This document shows positions 18,926 to 28,953 of a stretch of 64,000 nucleotides of DNA, piece after piece (within the stretch, counting starts at the first letter, position 1; every line of letters starts with the position of its first letter). The DNA comes from Histomonas meleagridis 2922-C6/04-290x (Eukaryota > Protista > Parabasalia). The stretch spans positions 496,001 to 560,000 of the forward strand of contig JAANOX010000205.1 in NCBI GenBank assembly GCA_020184695.1. The letters are read 5' to 3'. The notes under the pieces were generated by a model that was not told where the DNA came from, searched no databases, and saw only the letters and a program-made list of their open reading frames with translations. The translations under genes and the position numbers were made by a program.

Positions 18926-21427
18926 ATGGATGAAATTAATAAGGACACTTTGCTAAAAGCATTTACAGAGCTAGGGAATCCAAATATCCCTAATGATTAC
19001 AGACAAAATATAACCCAATTTATAAGCGAGTATCTCAAAAATCCAAATTCATATCAAAATTTTTATCAGATTTTGGCTGAAGGTGGTTGTACGGACCAGG
19101 TATTACTTTTTGCAGCTAGCGCTTTAAAGCAATGGATCAACATACATTTAGAAAATATAACGCCAGACCAATATATAGTAATTTTAAATTCATTTAAGCC
19201 GATTTTATTTACAGTAAACATAGCTTCACCCATGGTTCTTAACTTATTTCAAAAGATTGCGAGTCCAATTAATTTTTTACCATTTTGGAAAGAAATCATC
19301 ATTTTGAGTGGTAATTATCTTAACAGCAGTGATGTCAATCAAGTTTTGATAGCACTTCGTGTTCTCAAAATTATTTCTGAATTTTATATGTCATCACAGA
19401 TTAAAGGAACTAATTTAATTCCTCAAGTTGTTAGCCATTTTGTCAATATATTATCACCATTTATTGATCAGAAATATTTAATTGCCCCTAAAGTTGTTCA
19501 AAAATCGTTAAAAATTTTAATGAAATTACTTATTAACTTTTTAAATAATACTGATGACACATCAGATCAAACGTTTCCACAAAATTTGGTTTCGTTAATA
19601 ATATTCATGCAAAATCTTTTTGTTTCTATGCCACCAGATCCTTCTCCTGACTATGTTTCATTATTAGTTTCATGTACTACTATTTCATATGAACTTTTTT
19701 CAAATTTTTCCGAAAGTGATAGTAACAATGAGCATCCGCAAATCTATGAATTCATTAACAGTTGGAAACCAGAATACTTTTCATATTTATGGAAAGACAT
19801 TTGTATAATCTTTGTGTCACATCCCGAATTACATTTACAAATTGCTAAAATGCTTCGTCCGTTTCATACATTTGCATCGAAAAGTTATCATCCACCATCG
19901 GATTTCTTTTATTGGATATTATTATTTGTGGGAATCCGGAAAGAAGAATATTTCGACTATATAATGACACCTGCAATTTTTTATAATGTTAATTATATGT
20001 CGATCTCTTTAGATAGTGGCGACTTACGTAATAATTCATTAGCTGTAGTGAGTTCATTTGCTGATGATTTTGAAGCTAATGATTTTATAAAGGTTTTTAA
20101 TGCATTACCTATCACTGAACCAGGTATAATAGTTGCATCAGCACTTGCTAAGAAAGCACTTGAATCAAATGATGAAGAATGTTCTAATTCTATTATAACA
20201 TATGTACTTAAAATGCTTCAATCTGGTATCGATTCAAGTTCTCCAATTTTTTTAGCAACTTCTTTATATTTTTGGGCGAAAATTATCAAAATATTTATTG
20301 GAACACAATATATTAATTGTTTATATCTCTTTTCTATTCAAATATTAACTAAGAGTTCTTCTCCTTTAATTACTACTAACATTATATATCTTTTACTTAA
20401 ATTGTCGAAAATGAATTATCCGATTTCGAATGAAATTGTTCCTTATTTAATAAATTTCATACCAAATTCATTTTCATATCAAACGTTTGCACTTTTGGAC
20501 AATCTTTCATTAAAAGATAACACTTTATATCAGTGTTTTCTTCCTTGTATGGATTATATCATTCGGAACATTAAAGCTGAATTAGAAGATGATCCTGAAT
20601 TACCCGAAATTAGAATTCATTCTATTTCGCATTTATTAAAATTCATTTCGAATATTATTAAATTCGGTGGTGATGAACCATTTAATGAGATATTATGCGA
20701 AGTTATTTGTTCTTGTTTCCATCGATTAATTGAGTTTCCTGAATTTACAATATTAATTCAAACACTTTTGATGAAAAATTCTAATTTCGGTTCAATGTAT
20801 ATACAGTTTTTCTTAAGATATATCACTGAAACTGATATTTTATGTGTTTTCTTCGAAGAAATTACTCCGATTTTTTTGATATATTTTAATAATTATCAAA
20901 ACGTTGTCGATTTCCAACAAAATTGTTTGAATATTTACATCGTGGTAATGAAATGTTTCGAAAATATCGAAAGTTTCGATCAAATGCAAAGAATTTCCAT
21001 CGCATCGATTGTTATGAATTTGTTGTTTCTGTTTCCGTCTTTAGATTTTCCTTTGGAGAATTTAATAAAGTTTAAAAATGGATCTGTAACTGAAGCAAGT
21101 TATAATGCTTTAGTATATTCGTTTTTGAATTTATACGCAACTTTAATATTAACAAAAAATATTGAGTTGGATGAACAAGTTTTGCATTTGTTTTTGGGTT
21201 ATTATAAAAATTTTGTGTTTTGTTGTGAGAAAGATTTTAAGTTTCATCGATTTTTCATTAACAATTTGGTGAATAAGTTCCCTCAATATGGAAATGTGTT
21301 CGCTGAATTCTTACAAAAATGTAACAGCGTTACACCAAATTTATTGATAACTATACAGTCTAATAATCTTTATACTGAAAATTTGTGTCAATTTATGGAA
21401 TTATCATTTCAAGGACTACAAATATGA
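18926..21427 (+). CDS. Divergent importin-beta/HEAT-repeat protein (833 aa)
   Basis: Importin-beta N-terminal-like LLFAASALKQWI..H, followed by helical repeats; M3-like GACCGTTTA at 18896-18904. Confidence 0.62.
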   Translation: MDEINKDTLLKAFTELGNPNIPNDYRQNITQFISEYLKNPNSYQNFYQILAEGGCTDQVLLFAASALKQWINIHLENITPDQYIVILNSFKPILFTVNIASPMVLNLFQKIASPINFLPFWKEIIILSGNYLNSSDVNQVLIALRVLKIISEFYMSSQIKGTNLIPQVVSHFVNILSPFIDQKYLIAPKVVQKSLKILMKLLINFLNNTDDTSDQTFPQNLVSLIIFMQNLFVSMPPDPSPDYVSLLVSCTTISYELFSNFSESDSNNEHPQIYEFINSWKPEYFSYLWKDICIIFVSHPELHLQIAKMLRPFHTFASKSYHPPSDFFYWILLFVGIRKEEYFDYIMTPAIFYNVNYMSISLDSGDLRNNSLAVVSSFADDFEANDFIKVFNALPITEPGIIVASALAKKALESNDEECSNSIITYVLKMLQSGIDSSSPIFLATSLYFWAKIIKIFIGTQYINCLYLFSIQILTKSSSPLITTNIIYLLLKLSKMNYPISNEIVPYLINFIPNSFSYQTFALLDNLSLKDNTLYQCFLPCMDYIIRNIKAELEDDPELPEIRIHSISHLLKFISNIIKFGGDEPFNEILCEVICSCFHRLIEFPEFTILIQTLLMKNSNFGSMYIQFFLRYITETDILCVFFEEITPIFLIYFNNYQNVVDFQQNCLNIYIVVMKCFENIESFDQMQRISIASIVMNLLFLFPSLDFPLENLIKFKNGSVTEASYNALVYSFLNLYATLILTKNIELDEQVLHLFLGYYKNFVFCCEKDFKFHRFFINNLVNKFPQYGNVFAEFLQKCNSVTPNLLITIQSNNLYTENLCQFMELSFQGLQI

Positions 21428-21663
21428 ATAAATGTTTTTTAGAATTTTAAATTTTATTTGAATCAAAAACAATCGTTTTCAAGTAAAGATCGTTTTGTAG
21501 GAAAAGAATTTCATAACTTACTTTGTGATAATACTAAAACGAAATGCTTTAAATCAATTTTCGTTTACAACGTAACTATTTTTAGATTTAATTAATTTGA
21601 TGATACACAAATTATATTGATAAAAAAAATTGTCATTTAGAAATAGATAAACAAACAAACATT

Positions 21664-22980
21664 TTATTCAAATATTTCCAACTTTCTAATGATCTGTTCA
21701 CATATTGCTTGGAGTGGCTTATTTGTGAAATTTTGATTTCCGCAAATTGTATTTATTTCGAATGTTATCGAGTCAGGGCCCTCAAGTATTCTTGTCGCTG
21801 CTCTGATCTTTCCCCATGGATAAGATTGTGGAATTTGGAACCCTACTTCAAATCGAATTCTTGGATCATGTTTAACAAATGTGAAATAAACAATGTTTTC
21901 TTCTTGCCTCATATATGGAAGCACAGAACTAATTGAATGTATCTCTTTGATTAAATCTTTTTTTCTTTTTTCATTCGCAATCAGACAATGAACTGATTTA
22001 ACGGTCTCAGCTGTGTAAAGTTCTTTAAGTTGGGGTATCCCTATAACCGCTTTGCCTCTTTCAATTTTTGTGATGTGAAAACTGATGCACTTGTTAAGAA
22101 AAGAAAATTTTGCTCTGTACTGAGAAAGCTTTTTTGTAGCATCTCGAGTTTCATTAATATTCGTTGTAAGTTCCACATATTTATCATATTTAGCAATCTT
22201 TGGATTATTTTTAAGAATAGATTTTGCTGAATTTAATTGACGATCAAGAACTTCAAATGAATGAGATTCATCAAAACTGATTTTTTCGAGGTTAAATAGT
22301 TGTTCGTTAATGGCTTTTGTGGATTCTGTATGGAAAACTGTTATGTAATCTTTGATTCTGTTCAAGATAATTTCTGTATCCTCTGAACTAAGTTGTGGAA
22401 TGGTTGAAAGAAGATAAGGTGGATTCTTATTATGTCCTCGAATACGTGACGTGATTTCTTGGTGAATTGATGAGATTTCAGATTCAATAATTTTTTGAAG
22501 ATTATAAAAATTTTGCGAATAATTTTTGGAAACAAGGAGCTTTGAGGGCAGTCTTGGAAGAGGAGAAAATTTCAGTGAAGAAAAATAACCAAGAAGATCA
22601 GAAAATGAAATAGCTGGAGGAAGATGAGCTTGGAGATAACTATTATAATCATCAACTAAATCTAAGAGTGATGGAATGGTTATATTAGCATGATCTATAT
22701 TTTCATCTTGTGGTGATAAAGATGATTGAGGTAAAAATAATTTGAAGTCTGCATCATTTGATTGTTGATATGAATCTGAAAAATCAATAGGAGATGTAGG
22801 ATTAAATGTATCATTTTTAAACTTGTTTGCATAAACAGATCTTTTGTAAAAATTTGGTGTGCTTTGAATTATACTTTGCGTATCATGGCTTGGTGATGGA
22901 AAAGCTATATTTGTCGTTTCGAATAGGTCTTGTTGCTGTTTTGGTTGTCTTTTGCTTGATGAGTTTGTGGAAAACGACAT
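21664..22980 (-). CDS. Coiled-coil protein with C-terminal RWD-like domain (possible kinetochore Knl1/Zwint-type)
   Basis: S/P-rich N-terminus, ISFSDLLGYFSSLKF block, coiled coil, FEVGFQIPQSYPWG (RWD-like YP motif). The CDS is well supported; the function is tentative. Confidence 0.45.
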   Translation of the reverse strand: MSFSTNSSSKRQPKQQQDLFETTNIAFPSPSHDTQSIIQSTPNFYKRSVYANKFKNDTFNPTSPIDFSDSYQQSNDADFKLFLPQSSLSPQDENIDHANITIPSLLDLVDDYNSYLQAHLPPAISFSDLLGYFSSLKFSPLPRLPSKLLVSKNYSQNFYNLQKIIESEISSIHQEITSRIRGHNKNPPYLLSTIPQLSSEDTEIILNRIKDYITVFHTESTKAINEQLFNLEKISFDESHSFEVLDRQLNSAKSILKNNPKIAKYDKYVELTTNINETRDATKKLSQYRAKFSFLNKCISFHITKIERGKAVIGIPQLKELYTAETVKSVHCLIANEKRKKDLIKEIHSISSVLPYMRQEENIVYFTFVKHDPRIRFEVGFQIPQSYPWGKIRAATRILEGPDSITFEINTICGNQNFTNKPLQAICEQIIRKLEIFE

Positions 22981-23519
22981 ACTGTCCGTTTATTTTCATA
23001 ATAACGGCCGCCAATGGAGGAAACCGTTAAATATGTGTGAACACAAATGATTGATCCATTCATTTTAAAATAACTTTTCTATATTAAAAAAAATATTTTA
23101 CTGCAGTATTAAATTTAATATTTACTTAGGTTTTTAATTTTTTTTTTATTTCATACTATAATATAATCTTAAAATGTAATTTTTTGGGTTTCTAAATATT
23201 ATTTTGAAATCTTGAGAAAATAAAATAAATTATTTTTTGTGCCCATTGAAGATGTGTATAAAAATAATATGAAGAACTCCAAAAAGATATCAAATAATCA
23301 ATAAAATCATGAAGCCCATCAATTTTATAAATCTTGAATGTGACAAACGAGTTAATAAACGCTGAAAATTCTTGGTGAGATTTTTTTTAGACATCTTCAT
23401 CATTATTTGTTATTTTATATATATATATATAATATTATGGCTTGAATTACTGAAACATATCCAATTGATGACATAAACATGTTTATGTTATTGATCAAAC
23501 AATCATGATTCATCTTAAT

Positions 23520-23680
23520 GAAAATGCATTTATACCATATATATCTTCTGTTCCTGATTTGTTTTTAAACTCCACATAAAGTCTCCTCTGTAATTTTTTG
23601 GGTTTCTTATCCATTAAACTTCAAGCATTGATTGGTAATCTCCTCTATACACGACTTTGAATATCCATTTTTAATGTTGT
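23520..23680 (-). pseudogene. Possible HECT E3 ligase N-lobe fragment
   Basis: KVVYRGDYQSML.. and LMDKKPKKLQRRLYVEFKNKSGTED in different frames resemble the HECT start (VxR...; P.xLxxRLxVxFxGExGxD); stops on both sides. Confidence 0.35.
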
Positions 23681-23833
23681 TTTTGATAATTTTTTCACAA
23701 CTTACAGCACAACAAGTGTTTAAGATATACTCATTTATACTTTTTTCCAAAGAAATTTATTGTACAGTACAATAATTTTTATATTTAAATGTTTCATTTT
23801 AACAATAAACAATATTTAATAATAAAAATCTGT

Positions 23834-25992
23834 TTATTCACAGCCAATTCCTTTAAGAAACTCAGCAACTTCAAAATTCTTATTCGCAATTGCGAGGCTT
23901 AAAGGCGTTGCTCCGTATGCGTTTTTATGATTTTTATCAACACCTTTTAATGATACTAAGAACTTAACAATATCTAAATCACCTACAACAGCTGCAGTAG
24001 CTAAAGCAGTATTATCATTTTGTCCAGTTTGATTTAAATCAACTTTAGGTAAAGACACCAAAAACTTTAAAGTTTCAAGTTGATGACCTACAACAGCACT
24101 TGTTAATAATGATTCGCCATACATATTTTTCGTATTATAATCAATATCATCATCACAATTCATCAAATATTTAATCACATCAATAAAACCATTATGTGCT
24201 GCATATATCATAGAATATGCTACATAACCACCTTTAAAATTAACACCTGTTCTTTCTTTACTATGTAAATATTTTACAATGTCTAAATACCCATGCATTG
24301 AAGCATGTAAAAACGCAGGACCAAAAAGAATTTGATTGAAACATATAAAGTGAAATAGAAACTTCATCCATCGCATTACAATCAATTCCTTTTACATCAC
24401 ATAAAAATTTAACAATCGAAAGATAGCCTTTCATAGATGCAAAAATTAAAGCAGTTGTGTTCCTTTCATCACATGCATTTACATCAACATATTTCGAATT
24501 TGCTAGAACTTTTACACATGATAAATTTCCATATTCTGATGCACGTATTAAAGGCGTACCAACAATAAGAAAAAAACACCAAAAAATTAAAATGAAATAT
24601 TGATGGAATAAAAGAAACATTATCCATTACCGATAGATTAACACCTTCAAGTGTGGAAAGAAATCGAAGTATATCTACATTTCCATTTATAGCAGCTAAT
24701 GTTACTCCTGATTGATTATTTTTATCAACACAATTTGGATCTATACCATTTTCTATCCCATATATAACAAGTTTTATACAATCAGATGAACATGCTTTTA
24801 AGAAAACAGATTCATCGACTTGAGGTGGAATAACTCCATACCTATTAAATTTAGCGACAGTTAAATTGGAGTACCCTGAATTCGAGTCACTTTTTGTTCC
24901 AATGGTAGCAAAAACTGGAGAATCTTGAACTCTGAAATTTGAAGGTTGCATTACCCGTCCTCTACAACCAGAAAATGTTCTTTCAGCAGCAATATCCATA
25001 ATTTTCCTTCTTCTTGCACTAATTGGTGCATGACGAGTTTGATTTTCTTGCAAAGGAGTAGAAGAAATATGCGTTTCACTTTGAAATACAGATGTGATGA
25101 TTTCAGAATTTCCACCAGCTATTGCATATTCTTCAAGTCGACGATTTTTCCTATCAAGCTTTGAAAAATCAGCATTCTTTCTTTGAAGATAGAAGAATGC
25201 ATTTACAGAACCACAAAATGCTGCGTATTGAATAAGTGTTGGATAATGATTAATGAATCCACAACATTCAAACATAGATGGTTCAATTGTGGAATTAACA
25301 TCACCATAGTCAATAACAGCATCGTCAGAAATAGCCATTGCAATTGGATCTGGATTCATTCCAATATCTCGGTATTCACGATATAATTTCCAATTATTTT
25401 CTTTGAGTTTGTCAAACTGTTGTATAAACGGAATGTTGACATTAGCCAGATCTTTAAAGTACGGAGATTTATGTGATTCTTCAAGTAAATTCTTGTATTT
25501 AGAAAATAAGTCAAGATCGTCTTGCTCAATTTCTGGAAGAAACCAACATAACATGGTAACACTGAACCTCCTGTGCTGCTTCATATAGGTAAATGCTTTA
25601 TCTTTAAAAATTGTATGAATAAAAGAAATAACATCATTGATTGGAATCAATCCGATTTTTACAAGAGAATATAAATAAAACATTCTACTTGTTTTTCGCT
25701 GCTTTGTTGATAGTAAAAAATCTGATATAACTTTGATAAACTCTGGTTTATGGGATGCTATTCTTTTTGATATTTCAACATATAACTCGGTATTTCGTGG
25801 CCTAACATCAATCGACTCGATTAAGAGATGTAAAAGTTCTTCATTTTGGGATTCATCTTCCCAAAAATCATATAATAAAATTGAGTTAACAACAGATTCA
25901 ATTGTTGATTCATTTACACTTTGAACTTCTTCTTGAAGCTTTATAAATTTTTGTGCATTTGCCTTTGCTTTAGATAAGTCTTCTCTGAGCAT
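23834..25992 (-). CDS. DUF3447-type ankyrin-repeat protein, split in three segments (25992-24619, 24566-24363, 24328-23834; 690 aa if joined)
   Basis: 458-codon intact first segment (IEPSMFE..TLIQYAAFCGS..YAIAGGNSEI), a middle segment of exactly two 34-aa ankyrin repeats, and a last segment of five intact repeats ending in TAA. The segments are in three different frames. Confidence 0.85.
24329..24362 (-). other. Putative non-canonical intron 2 (34 nt, GTTTC...AATT)
   Basis: Removal joins MDE to LFGPAFLHAS in ankyrin register; no AG or branch motif inside. Confidence 0.6.
24567..24618 (-). other. Putative non-canonical intron 1 (52 nt, GTTTC...TCTT)
   Basis: Removal joins MDN to IVGTPLIRAS in ankyrin register; no AG or branch motif inside. 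Confidence 0.6.
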
Positions 25993-26107
25993 TTTATTTT
26001 GATTTTACGAGTTTGGTATAACGTCTTTTGTTCAAAGAAAGAATCTTCACACTTCACATTGGAAAACGTTTATTTTTCAAAAGCTTTTGAAAGAGGCAGG
26101 TTGATCA

Positions 26108-26392
26108 ATGTCAAGAATTTCAAAAAGAAGCCCTAGCGCGCCCAGATCACGTTCCAAAGAAATATATCCATCAACTTATTATACTAAAGAAATATATCCC
26201 ACAAATAAAAGCTCATCAATTCAACCAAAGAAATACAAACCAGGCCAAGAACTTAAGGTTTTTGAAAATTCAGTACAAATAAAAGCATTTTATGTGGGCG
26301 AATCAAGTATGCCCGGTAAAATTATCGTATTCACTGAAGATGGGTACTTAAAATGTGTTTCAGATAGTATGACTCATCCTTTCAAAGTGTAA
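26108..26392 (+). CDS. Small hypothetical protein (basic N-terminus, short beta-rich C-terminal domain)
   Basis: ATG head-to-head with the ankyrin gene, typical codon usage, stop followed by U-rich tract. Confidence 0.6.
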   Translation: MSRISKRSPSAPRSRSKEIYPSTYYTKEIYPTNKSSSIQPKKYKPGQELKVFENSVQIKAFYVGESSMPGKIIVFTEDGYLKCVSDSMTHPFKV

Positions 26393-27474
26393 TTTTTTTC
26401 AACACAAACGATCTAATCAATTCTCTTTCTCTTATCTTTTAGTTAAACTTAAGTTAGTCGAAAACTTAAAATTCTGTTAATTTTATTATTCTAAACATGG
26501 TTTTATCTAATAATAACAAAACCTGAAGACTTTAATTCTATAAGTCGTTTAAACACTTATGTAAGACTAAAAAATAATAGACTATGTAAAAGTTTTTATA
26601 TTAATTTGTTTTCAACCTTTTTCAAAATTGAATTTAGCATACGCAAATAATGGCTGAATTATTATACTATAATTATATAGTTTTATATGCAAAAATTTAT
26701 TCAACAATTGTTCCAAACATAATTTGCTTTGCATATGCTATCGTGCGTACTTTTGATTCAATTTGGCTCAAAAGTATTTAACGTCTTTGGTTGCCACTTT
26801 CTCCTATTCACAAAATTTTTATTACACAACATAATGACATTTGATCTCATGATTTTCGATTAATTAAAATCGCAGCTTCATTAATAAAATTCTAAATAAA
26901 TCAAATACTTAATTTACTCTAAATATGTTATCAACATATTTTTTTTACTTCGAATTGCTGCATCGTTATAAGGAGATTATATGTTATTGAGTTAACTTCT
27001 GTGAATACAAGCAAGAGGCATGAAAAAAACATAGATAGCTACAATAGATTCATTCGGTTGACAGACTTTGGGTGTGTTCGCCTTGCAACCGGGAACGTTT
27101 TCCTTTGAAAAACTTCTTGTCAAACTGCTTTTCATTTAAAAAGTTCTTCGAACACGCGGTTTCAAATGAACTTTTTGGGTAAATGAGTTGCTCAATCTGA
27201 TCAATTTCCCACAACTATATCGAGTAATCAGAAACAATATTGATGTACTCAGATAGTTATTGAAGTGAATAAGTATTATAAGTAAATACATCATAAAATC
27301 ATGGTAATTGAAGTTCCAAGAACAACCGGTAAGTTCGAACTGATTTTTTCAAAGGAAACCGTTATGTTCACATTTTTTCTAACGGACGTTTGTGGAAAGT
27401 AAAATTAACAAGTTTACTTATTATCGACCCTGTGAAAAACTCGCTTACATTTAAAAAGTTCATTCAGAAAATCA

Positions 27475-28953
27475 ATGCTTCCTGTAATCATTGCCATATT
27501 TTTTATATTCACATCCTCGACTGAAACAACCACAGAAACATCATCAGAAACAAGCTCAGAGGTAAGTACGGAAACATCATCAGAAGTAAGTTCTGAAACA
27601 TCATCAGAAACAAGTTCTGAAACATCATCAGAAACAAGTACAGAAACATCATCAGAAGTAAGCTCTGAAACAAGCTCAGAGGTAAGTACAGAGATATCAT
27701 CAGAAACAAGTTCTGAAACATCATCAGAAACGAGCTCAGAAACATCATCAGAAACGAGCTCAGAAACATCATCAGAAACGAGCTCAGAAACATCATCAGA
27801 AACAAGCTCAGAAACATCATCAGAAACAAGTTCTGAAATATCATCAGAATCATCGTCAGAAACATCATCAGAAACAAGTTCTGAAACATCATCAGAAACA
27901 TCGTCGGAAACAAGCTCTGAAACATCGTCAGAAACATCATCAGAAACAAGTTCTGAAACATCATCAGAAACAAGTTCTGAAACATCATCAGAATCATCGT
28001 CAGAAACAAGCTCTGAAACATCATCAGAATCATCATCAGAAACAAGTTCTGAAACATCATCAGAATCATCGTCAGAAACAAGCTCTGAAACAAGTACAGA
28101 AGAAAGTACAGAGACATCATCAGAAGAAAGTACCGAAACAAGTTCAGAAGTAAGTTCTGAAACATCATCAGAAGAAAGCACTGAAACAAGTACAGAAGAA
28201 AGCACTGAAACAAGTACAGAAGAAAGCACTGAAACAAGTACAGAAGTAAGTTCAGAAACAAGTACAGAAGAAAGTACAGAGACATCATCAGAAGAAAGTA
28301 CCGAAACAAGTTCAGAAGTAAGTTCTGAAACAAGTTCTGAAACATCATCAGAAGAAAGCACTGAAACAAGTACAGAAGAAAGTACAGAGACATCATCAGA
28401 AGAAAGCACCGAAACAAGTACAGAAGAAAGCTCTGAAATATCATCAGAAGAAAGCTCTGAAACAAGTACAGAAGTAACAACAGAGACACGCACAGAAACA
28501 TCTTCAGACACTTCATCAGAGGCTGCAACAGAGACGCGCACGGACGTTACTTCCGAGGCCACCGACACGGCGGAAGTCACCACCGAAGTCGAGAGCACCG
28601 ATGTCCGCACGGCCACTGCCACTCCCACCGCGCCTACTCCGACTGCGTACCCTCTCTCGGACACTTTCACTGCGTCGCAGGTACCAGACAACAGCGAAGA
28701 GGGCGGACTTTCAGGCGGGGAACTCGCTGCCATCATTGTTGTTGTTGTTATTGTTGTCATTGCGATCATTGTACTGATCATCATATTTGTGATACGCAAG
28801 AACGGCACCGTAGTGATGCTGCACCACAGCGAGGACATACACTCTGACGAACAGAAGCAGCAGCACACGCGAAAAGGAAAGAAGGAAAAGGACTCGTCAT
28901 CCGGATCGAGTGATAACAATGATGACTTCGATGAAATAGCACTGTGGATATAG
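27475..28953 (+). CDS. Mucin-like type I membrane surface protein (Ser/Thr/Glu repeats)
   Basis: Hydrophobic signal-like N-terminus (MLPVIIAIFFIF), about 320 aa of SSET/STEE repeats, TM LAAIIVVVVIVVIAIIVLIIIFVI then RK, short acidic cytoplasmic tail. Confidence 0.88.
   Translation: MLPVIIAIFFIFTSSTETTTETSSETSSEVSTETSSEVSSETSSETSSETSSETSTETSSEVSSETSSEVSTEISSETSSETSSETSSETSSETSSETSSETSSETSSETSSETSSETSSEISSESSSETSSETSSETSSETSSETSSETSSETSSETSSETSSETSSETSSESSSETSSETSSESSSETSSETSSESSSETSSETSTEESTETSSEESTETSSEVSSETSSEESTETSTEESTETSTEESTETSTEVSSETSTEESTETSSEESTETSSEVSSETSSETSSEESTETSTEESTETSSEESTETSTEESSEISSEESSETSTEVTTETRTETSSDTSSEAATETRTDVTSEATDTAEVTTEVESTDVRTATATPTAPTPTAYPLSDTFTASQVPDNSEEGGLSGGELAAIIVVVVIVVIAIIVLIIIFVIRKNGTVVMLHHSEDIHSDEQKQQHTRKGKKEKDSSSGSSDNNDDFDEIALWI
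27525..28470 (+). repeat. 12-bp coding tandem repeat (TCATCAGAAACA / AGYTCWGAAACA / AGTACAGAAGAA)
   Basis: Dozens of degenerate 12-mers with larger duplicated blocks in the 3' half. Confidence 0.95.

Noticed and set aside
24329-24618. Reading the ankyrin inserts as ordinary parabasalid GT-AG introns
   Set aside because: No AG or ACTAAC-type branch motif inside; the next AGs give out-of-frame products from these donors.
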